Below are positions 41,772-53,332 of a DNA stretch of 64,000 nucleotides, in pieces. The stretch is from an uncultured Candidatus Rokubacteria bacterium. Its GTDB lineage: Bacteria; Methylomirabilota; Methylomirabilia; Rokubacteriales; CSP1-6. Each line of letters starts with the position of its first letter. The stretch's first letter is position 1. The DNA lies in assembly GCA_963747235.1 (NCBI GenBank), contig CAVVEU010000008.1, positions 32,001-96,000 of the forward strand, in the 5' to 3' direction. The notes under the pieces are model-generated. The model saw nothing but the letters and a program-made list of their open reading frames with translations, was not told the origin of the DNA and made no database searches. A program made the translations under genes and the position numbers.

Positions 41772-43296
41772 GTGAGCGAGCAGCGCTACCGGCAGGAACG
41801 GGCCCGCATCGAGCAGGGCCACGTCAAGTACCGCGAGAAGCTCAAGGACGAAGGCAAGCTCTTCGTCCGCGACCGCCTGAAGCTGCTCCTGGATCCCGGC
41901 ACCGAGTTCCAGGAGGATTTCCTCTTCGCGCGCAACCAGGAGGCGGACACGCCCGCCGACGGCGTCGTCACCGGAGTGGGAACGGTCGGCGGCCGCGCGG
42001 TCTGCGTGATGGCCAACGACTACACGGTGAAGGCGGGCTCGTGGGGCGAGAAGACCATCCAGAAGATCGTGCGCATCCAGGAGCGCGCCCAGCGGCTGCA
42101 GGTGCCGATGATCTACCTCGTGGACGCGGCGGGCGGGCGCATCTCGGAGCAGATCAAGATCTTCCCGGGGCGCTTCCACGCCGGCCGCATCTTCTACAAC
42201 GAGGTCCAGCTCTCCGGGGTGGTGCCGCAGGTGTGCGTGCTCTTCGGCCCGTCGCCGGCCGGCTCCGCCTATCTGCCCGCGCTCACCGACTGCGTGATCA
42301 TGGTGGACGGCAAGGCGAGCCTCTACGTGGGGTCTCCTCGAATGGTCGAGATGGCCATCGGCGAGAAGACGACGCTCGAGGAGCTGGGCGGGGCCCGGAT
42401 GCACTGCACGGTGTCGGGATGCGGCGACGTGCTCGCCGCCTCCGACGAGGAGGCGATCGAGCTCTGCCGGCGCTACCTGAGCTACCTGCCCGGCTCCTTC
42501 CGCGAGCGGCCCGCGACGGTGGAGCCGGTCGGCGCGAAGCCGGGCCGGTCCATCGAGGAGATCGTCCCCTACGACCAGCGCAAGTGGTTCGACATGTACG
42601 AGGTGATCGACCGCGTCGTCGACGCCGGCTCCTTCTTCGAGATCAAGCGGCTCTTCGCGCCGGAGATCATCGTGGGCTTCGCGCGCCTCGGCGGGCGCGC
42701 GGTCGGCGTGGTGGCCAATCAGCCCAAGGTCAAGGGCGGCGTGCTGATGGTGGACTCCTCCGACAAGGCGGCGCGGTTCATCTCGCTCTGCAACGCCTTC
42801 AACGTCCCGCTCGTGTACCTGGCCGACGTCCCGGGCTTCATGGTCGGCACCAAGGTGGAGCGGGCCGGCATCATCCGCCACGGCGCCAAGATGGTCTTCG
42901 CGACCTCGCAGGCCACCGTGCCGAAGATCTGCGTGGTCGTGCGCAAGTGCTACGGCGCCGGCCTCTACGCGATGTGCGGCCCGGCCTTCGAGCCCGACGC
43001 GGCCCTCGCGCTGCCGCAGGGGCAGGTGGCCATCATGGGGCCGGAGCCGGCGGTCAACGCGGTCTACTACAACAAGATCATGGAGCTGCCGGAGGCGGAG
43101 CGGCCCGCCTACGTCCAGCAGAAGCGCGACGAGTACGCGCAGGACGTGGACATCTACAAGCTCGCCTCCGAGATGCTGGTGGACGGCATCGTCGGCGGGC
43201 TCCGAGCTGCGTGACGAGCTGATCAAGCGGCTGGGCTACGCCGAGTCCAAGCAGCTCGAGTTCCCGCCGCGGCGCAATCCGGTCCTGCCCGTCTGA
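41772..43296 (+). CDS. Acyl-CoA carboxylase carboxyltransferase subunit; frameshift near 43197
   Basis: ADGVVTG, ANDYTVKAGSWG, LGGARMH, DVPGFMVG, RKCYGAG. Confidence 0.92.
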
Positions 43297-43321
43297 GCGG
43301 CGTGTCCGCCGCGGCCCGCGC

Positions 43322-44071
43322 ATGGGCTCGCTGATCCTGGCGCTCCGCTTTCTCACCATCGCCCCGGTGCCCGGCCGGGAAGCGGCGGGCCCGTCGGCGC
43401 TGGGCCGGGCCGCGTGGTGGTTCCCCGTCGTCGGGCTGCTGGTGGGGAGCGCGCTGGCGATCGCCGCGCGCGCGGCGGATGCGCTGTTTCCCCCGCTGGT
43501 CGCCGCGGCGCTCCTGGTCACGGGGTGGAAGGTGGCCACCGGCGGGATCCATCTCGATGGGCTCGCCGATTGCCTGGATGGCCTCGCGGGCCGCGACCCC
43601 GCGCGGCGGCTCGCCATCATGCGCGATAGCCGGATCGGCGTGTTCGGCGCCGCCGGGCTCATCCTGCTCTGTCTCCTCGCGGTCACCGCGCTCGCCGCGC
43701 TCTCCGCCTCCCTCCGCCTCCGCGTCCTCCTGCTGGCTCCGGTGATCGGCCGGGTGGCCCCGCTGCTCGCGGGCGCCTGGCTGGCGCCCGCCACGCCGGG
43801 GCAGGGGCTCGGCGCCGCCTTCGCCGCGGGCCTGTCGCGCTGGGCGGGTCCCGCTCACGTGGTCGTCGCCGGCGCGCTGGCCGCGTGGCTGCTCGGGATC
43901 GGGGGCCTGGCCGTCGCGGCGGCGGCGTGGAGTCTGGCGCTGCTCGCGGCCGCGTTCGTGGCGCGCCGCCTCGGCGGGGTGACCGGTGACGTGCTGGGCG
44001 CCGTCGTGGAGGTGGCCGAGCTGGGGACCCTGCTCGGCGCGGCGGCGGCCGCGCACCGGGGATGGCTCTGA
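43322..44071 (+). CDS. cobS: Cobalamin synthase (AdoCbi-GDP ribazoletransferase)
   Basis: FLT.AP, TGGIHLDGLAD..DG, IMRDSRIGVFG, GGVTGDVLGA. Confidence 0.93.
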   Translation: MGSLILALRFLTIAPVPGREAAGPSALGRAAWWFPVVGLLVGSALAIAARAADALFPPLVAAALLVTGWKVATGGIHLDGLADCLDGLAGRDPARRLAIMRDSRIGVFGAAGLILLCLLAVTALAALSASLRLRVLLLAPVIGRVAPLLAGAWLAPATPGQGLGAAFAAGLSRWAGPAHVVVAGALAAWLLGIGGLAVAAAAWSLALLAAAFVARRLGGVTGDVLGAVVEVAELGTLLGAAAAAHRGWL

Positions 44072-44681
44072 GCGCCACCACCGTGTGCCTGGTCCGCCAC
44101 GGCAGCGTGGTGGGCGCGGAGACCCGCCGGTTCATCGGGCATCTCGACGTGGCCCTCTCGCCGCTCGGCGTCGCTCAGGTCGATGCGCTCGTCGCGCCGG
44201 CTGAACGCCGTCGCCTTCGACGCGATCTACTGCAGCGATCTCGAGCGCACGCGGCACAGCGCCGAGATCCTGGCCGCGCCCCACGCGCCTCACCCCCGTC
44301 CGGAATCCGGCCCTCCGCGAGTTCGCGATGGGGGAGTGGGACGGGCTGACCGCCGAGCAGATCCGCGCCCGCGATGCCCGCGCGTTCGAGGCGTGGATGG
44401 CCGACGTGGGGCGCTTCCAGTTCCCCGGCGGCGAGAGCCTGCCGGATCTGGTCGCGCGCGCGGTCCCGGCCTTCGAAGCGCTGGTGGCGCGGCACGCGGG
44501 CGGCACGATCGCGGTGGTGGCGCACGGCGGGAGCAATCGCGCGATCCTCTGCCACGCGCTCGGGCTCGGCCCCGAGCGGCTGCTCGCGCTGGGCCAGGAC
44601 TACGCGGCCCTCTCCGTGCTCGAGCGGTCGGCCGGGCGCTGGACCCTGCGCGTGCTGAACCACTGCGAGCCCCTGTCGTGA
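44062..44681 (+). CDS. cobC: Histidine phosphatase, probable alpha-ribazole phosphatase; frameshifted
   Basis: LVRHG, SDLER, LREF..GEWDG, PGGES, VAHGG; follows cobS. Confidence 0.75.
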
Positions 44682-46295
44682 CCGCCGGGCGGCGCCGGTT
44701 CCTCGCGCTCGCCGCGGGCGCCGCGGCCGCCGCGGCGGCTCCGCGCCGGGTGGAGGCGACGGAGCGGCCCGTCCGGGGCGGCGTGCTGAAGCAGATCGGC
44801 CTCGAGCCGCCCACGTTCGACGTCCACGCCACCGCCTCCCACCAGACGCAGCTCGTCTCGTCCTTCGTGCGCCGCACGCTCTTCAAGCTCGTCCACGGAG
44901 CCCGCTACGGGCCATCCGACTTCACGCTCGCGCCGGATCTCGCGCTCGAGGCGGTGGCGTCGGCGGACCGGCGGACCTACACGATCACGCTGCGCCCGGG
45001 TGTCCGGTGGGAATCGCGCCCGCCCGTGAACGGGCGCGAGCTGGTCGCCGCCGACGTGAAGTTCTCGCTCGAGCGCGCGCTCCGGAAGTCACCCTTCGCG
45101 CCGCTCCTGGGCCCGGTGGAGCGGATCGACGCGCCCGCCCGGCACACCGTGCGCGTCCACCTGGCGGATTCCTTCGCGCCGTTCGTCCACAACCTGGCCG
45201 AGCCCTGGACCGCGATCGTGCCTCCGGAGATGGAGGATCGGCCGGGCGATCCGAAGGCCGCGGAGTCCCTGATCGGCTGCGGGCCGTTCGTGCTCGAGCG
45301 CTACGAGCCCGGGGTGAAGGCGGTCTTCTCGCGCAATCCCACCTACCACGCCCGCGGCCTGCCGTACCTCGACAAGGTCGAGTGGCTCTTCATCAAGGAC
45401 CGCTCCACCCAGCTCGCGCTGTTCCGGGCCGGGCAGGTGGACCTGCCCTCCCACGATGCGCGCATCCCGCGCGCCGAGGTGGCCGCCTTCAGGAAGGCCA
45501 ACCCCGAGCTACCCGGTCGTGTCCTGGGACGGGCTGGCGGTTCGCTCGCTGGCCATGCGCACCGACCGGCCGCCCTTCAACGACGTGCGGGTGCGCCGCG
45601 CGCTCAGCCTGGCGGTGGACCGGAAGACGTGGGTGGCCGAGCATCTCGACGGCGACGGCGCCGACGCTCACGGGCCGGTCCCGAGCGCCATGCGGCAGTG
45701 GAAGCTGGCCGCGCGGCAGCTCGGCGAGGGCGCCCGCTATCTCGAGCACGATCCCGCGCTGGCGCGCGCAAGCTGCTGGCCGAGGCCGGCTTTCCCGCCG
45801 GCCTCAAGATCAGGTGCACCAGCTGGCCGGGCTACGGGCCCGAGTACGTGGAGGACCTCGAGCGCCTCGCCGGCTATCTGCGCCGAGCGGGGGTGGAGCT
45901 GCAGATCGTCAACGAGGAGTACGGGCCGTACATCCGCGGGTCATTCCTCGGCCGGTTCGAGGAGGCGAGCTGGGGGCCCTCCTCGCTCTTCACGGAGGTG
46001 GACGGGTATCTCTACGAGCGTCTTCCGGAGCGGCCAGGCCGGCAATCGCAGCCACGTGGCCGACGCGCAGCTCGACGTGATGCTCGAGGCGCAGCGGCGC
46101 GGTCACCTCGACGTCGTCGCGCAAGCAGGATCATCGACGAGATCCAGCGTCGCGCCGCCGCCCAGGTCTACTACGTCTTCACGCCCGTACCCCCGGAACG
46201 TGTCGTCGTGGGCGCCGCGGGTCCGGAATTACGGGCCGAAGAACTCCTTCGACCGGGGCGCTCAGCTCGAGGTGGTCTGGCTCGACCGGGCCTGA
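44678..46295 (+). CDS. ABC family-5 substrate-binding protein with Tat signal; several frameshifts
   Basis: GRRRFLA Tat motif, PDLA, PPVNGREL.AADVKFS, IGCGPF, PFNDVRVRRA. Confidence 0.85.
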
Positions 46296-46331
46296 CGGCC
46301 CGCCCGGGCCCGTTTCGCGGCTGACGGTTCC

Positions 46332-46479
46332 TGTAGGTTGTCTGTCACAACTTGTAGACCCCCGGGGCGCGTGCAGAAAGATGCACCCCCGTCGAACCCA
46401 GAACAAGTAGTTATTTCAATTGTTTGAGAGCCGAAAGCCGGGGCCGATCCGGCGCCGACCGGCTGGCATTCGTCTTGCT
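46332..46479 (+). promoter_or_regulatory. sigma54 promoter (TGGCAT-N5-TTGCT, 46464-46479) with IHF-like site (46414-46426) and candidate TGT-N12-ACA enhancer (46332-46349)
   Basis: GG-N10-GC; TTTCAATTGTTTG is one mismatch from WATCAANNNNTTR. Confidence 0.7.
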
Positions 46480-46513
46480 CTGTACCTGGGCCGGATACAT
46501 GGAGGACATGACC

Positions 46514-46960
46514 ATGCATGCGTTGAACCGTTCGAAGTCTCACGCCGGACAGGCCGGGTTCACCCTGGCCGAGATCCTGGTGGCCTGCGCCATCGTCTCG
46601 GTGGGGCTGGTCGCGGTGGCGACCGGCTTCGGCATCGGCGTCGACGGCGTGGAGGCCGGGCGCCAGCAGAGCACCGCGGTCTTCCTCGCCGAGCAGCGCA
46701 TCGAGCAGGCCAAGGAGCTGGCCATGCGGCAGACGGGCCTGGTGCAGCTCACCGTCGCCAACCTGCCGGCCACCGAGGCGTACGGGTCGATCACGGGCGC
46801 GCCGCCCAGCTACCGGCGCACCACGACGATCACCACCAATCCGGGCGGTACCACCGGCGCCCGCGTGGACGTCGTCGTCTTCTACCGCCCGGTGACCGGG
46901 CGCGGCGTGCTCACCACGGAGCGGTCGGTGTCGCTCTCCATCTTCCTGGCGAATCGATGA
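46514..46960 (+). CDS. Minor type IV pilin (PilV-like)
   Basis: Class III signal QAG|FTLAEIL; GGAGG RBS. Confidence 0.85.
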   Translation: MHALNRSKSHAGQAGFTLAEILVACAIVSVGLVAVATGFGIGVDGVEAGRQQSTAVFLAEQRIEQAKELAMRQTGLVQLTVANLPATEAYGSITGAPPSYRRTTTITTNPGGTTGARVDVVVFYRPVTGRGVLTTERSVSLSIFLANR

Positions 46961-46974
46961 GCCGAGGAGCCCTC

Positions 46975-47650
46975 ATGAACAATCAGCGCGGTTTCACCCT
47001 GGCCGAGATGCTGGTGGTCTGCGCCATCGTGGGGCTCGTGATGGCGAGCCTGCTGGGGCTCACGATGCAGGGCCAGCAGGCGTACTGGTTCGGGACGACC
47101 CAGGTGGACGGCCAGCAGACGGTGCGCGTCGCCCTCGAGCGCATGGCCAAGGAGATGCGCGAGGCCGGCTACGAGCCGCTGCCCGGCGAGACGGACCCCA
47201 CGGCCTGCCCGAACGCGACGAACTATCCGCTCTACACCGCCGGCGTCCCGTGCTACAAGTTCGTGCCCGTCACCGCGCCCGGCCGCGACCTCGCTCACGC
47301 TTCAGTACAACTGGGACGGCTCGACGTGCGCGGTCCCGTGCTCGCCCATCAATACGGTCGCCCTGGTCACCGACCCGATGACGTGTCCGACGGCGGCCTG
47401 CCGGGGCGAGCAGATCACCTACGCCCTGACGTCAGGCAACATCACGCGCCAGGAGATCGTGGTGGACGCGGCCCCGGTGGTCATCGCGTCCGGCATCACC
47501 GCTCTGACCTTCACCTATCGAGACGAGAACAACAACGTCACCGCGTCGCCTGACCTCATCCGGACCGTCGAGATCTCGGTGACCGCCCAGACCGCGACCA
47601 AGGGCGCGTACGTGACGATGGTGGATCGCGTTCGGCTGCGCAATCGATGA
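46975..47650 (+). CDS. Minor type IV pilin (PilW-like); frameshift near 47278
   Basis: QRG|FTLAEML, RVALERMAKEMREAG, LTFTY, VRLRN. Confidence 0.85.
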
Positions 47651-47679
47651 GCCAAGTCACACTGCGGAGGCCAGTACCA

Positions 47680-49179
47680 ATGAAGACGTGGCGCAATCTG
47701 CTCGGCAATGAGCGCGGGGTGGCCTTGCCCCTCGCGATGATCATGCTGGTCGTCCTGACGATGCTCACGCTCACGTTCATGTCCCTGGGGGCGGTGGAGC
47801 CCCAGATCTCGCGCAACCTCTCCGACGGCGCCCGCGCCCGGCAGCTCGCCGAGAGCGGCATCGAGTGGGGGTTCAATCAGCTCGCGGGCAAGCCCTTCGA
47901 CGACGCCACCCTGCTGGGCAGCGGTCTCACCACCGGCGGCGTCAACTGCGGAACGGGCATCACCTGCAAGGTGCTGGTGACCGGCCAGGCGCTCCCGGGG
48001 CTCACCTCGACCGTCGGCACGTTCACGGTCACGCTGCGGAACGACCTCAACACGCTCAACACCGACCAGGCGCTCATCGGGAGCGGCAACACGCTCGACA
48101 CGAGCACCTCGGTGGACAACAACAAGATCGTGATCCTGAAGTCGACCGGCACGCTTCAACGGGGCCAGCCGGACGATCACCGCGGTGGTCCAGCGTGGCA
48201 ACCTGCCGATCAACGCGGCGGTGAGCCTGCCGGGCGTCCAGGGTGACACCTATACCCAGGCGCCGTCCGTGCGCGATCAGCGTGGGCTGCTACTGGATCG
48301 ACGGGCGCGACTATCGGGACGCGGACACGTGGGGGCCAGCGGCGACTCCCACCGGGGTCGGCGCGCTGAAGTACGGGATGACCGCCGCGACCGCGGCCAT
48401 CGAGACCGTCGCCGAGAGCGGCTTCAACACCCTGGCCAAGCGCGAGTATCTCCACGGCATCGAACGACGGCAACGGCTACACGGCGGCAACCGACGGCAC
48501 CGCCGTCACCGGGGCCGCCGGCAACGGCCGGAACACGATCGCCGACGACGCCTCCCTCTCGCCGGCCCTGATCACGAAGTTCATGCAGCAACCTGGCGTC
48601 GAATCCCTCGACGCAGATCCTCGACAGCACCATGGCCTGCCAGTACCCCGCGCCGGGTGGTGATTCACGACAAGCCGGAGGGGATCCAGATGCAGAGCAC
48701 GGGCACGCGCGAACATCGTGACGGTGACGAACAACTGCACGGGCGCGCGCGCAGATCAACCAGACGGTGAACCTCGGCACGGCCGCCGCACCCGCGATGC
48801 TCTACGTCAGGGGCGAGTACGATCCGACCTCCCTCTTCCGCGGCCTCGCCGTGGACGGCAGCAATCCCATCACGGGCTATGGCATTCTCGTCGTCGAGGA
48901 CTCCGATCTGGCCTTCTTCCAGAGCGGCAACTTCAGATGGAACGGCATCGTGCTGGTGACGGGCCGCAACAACTCGACCGCGTTCCTCGGCTCCAGCAAT
49001 ACGGAGATCCGGGGCGCCCTCATCACCAGCGAGACCAACCCGCTGGAGGCGTCGCGGGTTCAACGAGTTCTTCGGCGGGGACCAGCGGGACCATGCGGAT
49101 CCTGGCCAGCAAGGAGAACATCGACCGGGCGCTCATGGCCCTCTACAACATGCGCATCTCCGCATACCGCGAGAACTAG
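47680..49179 (+). CDS. Large PilX-like pilin; multiple frameshifts
   Basis: ERG|VALPLAM (no Glu5), ARQLAESGIEWG; C-terminal GYGILVV..., WNGIVLV, AYREN. Confidence 0.75.
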
Positions 49180-49182
49180 GTG

Positions 49183-49922
49183 GTGCCGCGTCTGCTCCTA
49201 GTCGCGGCGCTGCTCCTCGCGGCCTGCCAGCAGCCGCCCGCGCGCCAGGTCCCGGCCACGAGTGCCGTCTCCCCGGCGGAGCAGATGCTCGCCGAGGGAG
49301 GCGCGCTGATGGCTCAAGGCAACTACGTGACCGCGGTGGAGAAGCTCCGCCAGGCCGCCGATCTCGAGCCCGGCAGCGTGCCGGTCCGCTTCGCCCTCGG
49401 CACCGCCTACTCGTTCCTCGAGAAGCGGCCGGAGGCCATCGCGCAGTTTCGCTGGGTGATGTCGAACGCTCCGGTCGAATCGACCGAGCGCGCCGAGGCC
49501 CGCCGCTGGCTCCTGCGCGTCGGGGCCCTCGTGGAGTCTCCGCCCGCGCCCGGGAAGCCCGACGTGGCCTCCAGCGACGCCGCGGCCAAGAAGGTCGATC
49601 CGGCCGCACAGGGCTCGGTCTCCGGTCAGACCCAGTGGACGGGAGTCACTCCGGCCGAGCACCAGCTCCCGGTGACGATCGCGATCGTGGGGAGCGAGGA
49701 CGCGACCCGCGAGTCTGCGGCAGAGGACGCAGATCTCAGCTGGGCGAGCGCTTCGAGTTCAAGGACGTCCGGGAAGGCCAGTACCGGCTCATCGGCGCCT
49801 TCGCCGACAAGATCCTCTGGGACCAGAGCGTCACGGTCAAGGGTGGCAAGCAGACGGACGTGGCGCTGAGCCAGGCCACGAGCCTCGTCCCCGTGAACAC
49901 CTTCCCGCTGCCCGTGCACTAG
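49183..49922 (+). CDS. TPR lipoprotein with C-terminal beta-sandwich domain; frameshift near 49720
   Basis: Lipobox LAAC, TPR helices, FEFKDVREGQYRL. Confidence 0.7.
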
Positions 49923-49931
49923 CCGCGGGCG

Positions 49932-50311
49932 CTACCGCTTCAGGCTCAGGGCACCCCCGCCGATCATCGCCACCGCCAGCGTCGCGACCAGCAGCACGAG
50001 CACGTACTCGTAGCCCCCCTTGTAGGCCCAGAACCCGCTTCTTCAGATGAACGAAGACGAGCGCGCCCAGCATGACGGGCACATTGGCCAGCGCCGCCCA
50101 GCGCGTGAAGAGCCCGAGGACGAGGCAGATGCCGCCCAGCCCGTGGGCCAGGATCAGGTACCACGCGCCGATCTCGGGGAAGGGGATGCCGTTCTTGACC
50201 TGGTAGTCGATCATGCCGGCGGGCCCGAGGACGACGAGCGGCGAGGTAGGCGTGCATGATGTAGACGACACCCAGGATCAGCCGGAGCAGCATTGCGCCG
50301 TAGGACGCCAT
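49932..50311 (-). CDS. DoxX family membrane protein; frameshifted
   Basis: LLRLILG..YIMH, GG..LVLGLFTRWAA, GYEY. Confidence 0.82.
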
Positions 50312-50331
50312 CGCGCCTCCTTGCCTGGCTC

Positions 50332-51027
50332 TCAGGGCTTGCGGAACAGGATCTCGCCGAAGTAGGACTCGGCGGAGGAGCGCGTGTCGTTGGAGTCGAT
50401 GGAGATCGAGATCGCCCCCACCTCTTCCCCCGGCGCCTCCCCGTAGATCTTCTGGTAGTCCTCGAGCACGTTGCGGCTCTCGGTCTGCCACTTGCCCAGA
50501 TCACCCGGCCCCGAGCGGACCACCACGTAGGTCACGAGGCCCGTCTTCTCGCTCTTGAACACCGCCCCCACCGGCGCGGTGGTGTCCCAGAGGTAGGAGA
50601 TGATGCGCGAGCGGACCTGCGAGGGGAAGCGCGGGAAGGTGACGTAGAGCTGTCCCGCCTGGTCGTCGGTCGCCGACTTGCGGGCGTCACCGCCCTTCGG
50701 GAGGGTGACCACCTGCCAGGTCCACTGGAGGATCGGGTGGCTCTTGACGTCCACCTTGAGCTCCTTGGAGATCGTCGAGCTGTCGTTGTTGCTCTTGAGG
50801 TGGAGGACCTTGCGGCCGCTCTGGGTGACGACGCGGAACTCGTACTTGGGGCTGCCCCAGCTCTGCCCCTTCCAGCCGTCGGGGATGCCGGTCTTGCCGT
50901 CGGGCTGTTTCGACCAATCCTCGACGGGCACGGTGGGCGGGTCGGCCGCGGAGAGCGGCCCGCTCGCGACGAGCGTCATCGCCAGCAGCGTCATCCCGGT
51001 CGCGAGTCCGATCGCCGCGCGGAACAT
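50332..51027 (-). CDS. DUF3047 family exported protein
   Basis: LQWTWQV..LP, DDQAGQLYVTF, YLWD, W..ESRNV..DY, DSNDT. Confidence 0.85.
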   Translation of the reverse strand: MFRAAIGLATGMTLLAMTLVASGPLSAADPPTVPVEDWSKQPDGKTGIPDGWKGQSWGSPKYEFRVVTQSGRKVLHLKSNNDSSTISKELKVDVKSHPILQWTWQVVTLPKGGDARKSATDDQAGQLYVTFPRFPSQVRSRIISYLWDTTAPVGAVFKSEKTGLVTYVVVRSGPGDLGKWQTESRNVLEDYQKIYGEAPGEEVGAISISIDSNDTRSSAESYFGEILFRKP

Positions 51028-51074
51028 GGCCGATTCAGTGTCTCACGGGGTCCGTATGCTACGGTAAAAACCAG

Positions 51075-51440
51075 ATGCCGGACGTGCGGATCGACAAGTG
51101 GCTGTGGGCGGCTCGCTTCTTCAAGAGCCGCACGCTCGCGGCCACCGCCTGCAACGGCGGCAAGGTCCACGTCAACGGCGACGCGGCCAAGCCCTCCAAG
51201 ACGGTGCGCCCCGGTGACATGCTGCGCGTGACCCTGCCGCGGATCCGCCGCATCGTGCGCGTGACCGCGCTCGCCGAGCGGCGGGGCGCCGCCAGCGAGG
51301 CGGCGGTGCTGTACGAGGACCTCACGCCGCCCCCGCCGCCGCGTGAGGCCCGCCCCGCGCCGCCCGCCTATCGCCCGCCCGGCGCGGGACGGCCCACCAA
51401 GCGCGAGCGCCGCCGCATCGACCGCCTCGGCGACCGGTAG
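51075..51440 (+). CDS. hslR: S4 RNA-binding protein (Hsp15/HslR-like)
   Basis: RIDKWLWAARFFKSR, GRPTKRERR. Confidence 0.9.
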   Translation: MPDVRIDKWLWAARFFKSRTLAATACNGGKVHVNGDAAKPSKTVRPGDMLRVTLPRIRRIVRVTALAERRGAASEAAVLYEDLTPPPPPREARPAPPAYRPPGAGRPTKRERRRIDRLGDR

Positions 51441-51491
51441 GTCCTCCGCGGGGCGGTTGCGCAGCCCCGACCCCTCTGCTACGGTCTGGCG

Positions 51492-51703
51492 GTCCATGGT
51501 GTCCGGGCGGCCCGCCGGGTGCGGGCCCCAGGGAAGGCGGTGCGAATCCGCCGCGACCCCGTCACTGTAATCGGGAACGAAACCCGCGATCGGCCACTGC
51601 TCCGGCCCCAGCCGGATCGGGAAGGCGCGGGGAGTAGGACGATCCGAGAGCCAGGAGACCTGCCCGGACGCTGCCACCCACGCCGGTCCTCGAGGGAGGA
51701 CCG
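51492..51703 (+). ncRNA. Cobalamin riboswitch with SD-sequestering hairpin
   Basis: AGGGAA-GGCGGTGCGAATCCGCC, CCCCGTCACTGTAA, GCCACTG, GGGAAGG, GAGCCAGGAGACCTGCC; hairpin 51684-51703 covers GGAGG. Confidence 0.93.
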
Positions 51704-51705
51704 AG

Positions 51706-52281
51706 GTGACGGCCGTGCATTCCTCGCATCTCGTGCTGGGCGGCGCCCGCAGCGGCAAGAGCCGCTACGCGGTCGAGCAGGCGGCGCAGTCCGGCCGCCG
51801 CGTGGCTTTCCTGGCGACCGCCCGCGCGGCGGACGGCGACATGGCCGCGCGCATCGCGCGCCACCGGGCCGAGCGCCCGGCCCCGTGGACCACGCTCGAG
51901 GAGCCGCAGGATCTGGTGGCCGCCTGCCGGCGCGCCGCCACCGCCCATGACGTGATTGTCGTGGACTGCGCCACCGTCTGGGTCGCCAACCTCATGGAGC
52001 GCGGCGACGACGACGCGGCGGTGCTGGCCGCCGCGGACGACCTGGCCAAGCTCCAGCGCGAGCGCGTGGTCTCCCTCCTCATCGTCTCGAACGAGGTGGG
52101 CGAGGGCGTGCATCCCTCGACCGAGCTCGGCCGCCGCTACCGCGACCTCCTGGGCTTCGTCAACCAGCGCCTGGCCGCGGCCGCCGATCGAGTGACCTTG
52201 ATGGTGGCGGGCATTCCCGTGGCGGTGAAGGACACGGCGCCCCCGCCGACGCGCCGTGAGCCGACGCATGAAGCTCCCTGA
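51706..52281 (+). CDS. cobU: Adenosylcobinamide kinase / phosphate guanylyltransferase
   Basis: GGARSGKS, RIARHR..R, VDC.T.W, VSNEVG, RYRDLLG. Confidence 0.94.
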   Translation: MTAVHSSHLVLGGARSGKSRYAVEQAAQSGRRVAFLATARAADGDMAARIARHRAERPAPWTTLEEPQDLVAACRRAATAHDVIVVDCATVWVANLMERGDDDAAVLAAADDLAKLQRERVVSLLIVSNEVGEGVHPSTELGRRYRDLLGFVNQRLAAAADRVTLMVAGIPVAVKDTAPPPTRREPTHEAP

Positions 52282-53332
52282 CATCATTCCGCTGCCGGAC
52301 CGCGGCGCCGAGCTCGAGGCGCGTCGCCGCCTCGATCAGCTCACCAAGCCGCCCGGGAGCCTGGGGCGGCTCGAGGAGCTCGCGGTGCGGCTCGCGGGGA
52401 TCACGGGCATCTGTCCGCCGCCGCTCCGCGACCCGGTGATCTTCACGCTCGCGGGTGACCACGGCGTGGTCGCGCAGGGGGTGAGCGCCTATCCCCAGGT
52501 CGTCACCGCGCAGATGGTGGAGAACTTCCTCCGCGGCGGCGCGGCGGTCAATGTCCTCGCGCGCCACGCGGGCGCGCGCGTCGTGGTGGCGGACCTGGGC
52601 GTGGCGGTGCCGCTGCCCCGGCATCCGGATCTGCGCGACTGCAAGGTGGCGCCCGGCACCGCGGACATGACCCGCGGGCCCGCGATGACGCCCGCGCAAT
52701 GCGCGCGGGCGATCGAGGCCGGCATCGCGCTGGTGGAGGCCGAGCGCGCCCGCGGCGCGGACCTGATCGGCACCGGCGAGATGGGGATCGGCAACACCAC
52801 CGCGGCCAGCGCGATCGTGGCCGCCCTCACCGGGGCCTCGCCGGAGAGCGTCACCGGCCCCGGCACCGGCGTGGACGCGGCGGGCCGGCGGCGGAAGGTC
52901 GAGGCCATCCGGCGCGCGCTGGCGGTGAACCAGCCCGATCCGGCCGACGCGCTCGACACGCTCGCCAAGGTCGGCGGCTTCGAGATCGCCGGGCTCGTGG
53001 GCGTCATCCTGGCCGGGGCCGCGGCCCGCCTGCCCGTGGTGCTCGACGGCTTCATCGCCGGCGCGGCGGCCCTCGCGGCCGTCCGGCTCCGACCGGAGGC
53101 GCGCGGCGCGCTCCTCGCCGCGCACCGCTCGGCCGAGCCGGGCCACGCCCGCGTCCTCGAGGCCCTGGGCCTCGAGCCGTACCTCGACCTCGGCCTGCGC
53201 CTGGGCGAGGGGACGGGCGCGGCGCTGTGCATCGGTCTGGCGCGCGCGGCGGTCGGCGTCCTGACCGACATGGCGACCTTCAAGTCCGCCGGCGTCTCGG
53301 ATCGCCCGGACGTCCCCGGCGCGCGATCGTGA
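52268..53332 (+). CDS. cobT: Nicotinate-nucleotide:DMB phosphoribosyltransferase
   Basis: LTKPPGSLGRLE, GDHGV, GEMGIGNTT, LRLGEGTGA. Confidence 0.95.
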   Translation: MKLPDIIPLPDRGAELEARRRLDQLTKPPGSLGRLEELAVRLAGITGICPPPLRDPVIFTLAGDHGVVAQGVSAYPQVVTAQMVENFLRGGAAVNVLARHAGARVVVADLGVAVPLPRHPDLRDCKVAPGTADMTRGPAMTPAQCARAIEAGIALVEAERARGADLIGTGEMGIGNTTAASAIVAALTGASPESVTGPGTGVDAAGRRRKVEAIRRALAVNQPDPADALDTLAKVGGFEIAGLVGVILAGAAARLPVVLDGFIAGAAALAAVRLRPEARGALLAAHRSAEPGHARVLEALGLEPYLDLGLRLGEGTGAALCIGLARAAVGVLTDMATFKSAGVSDRPDVPGARS

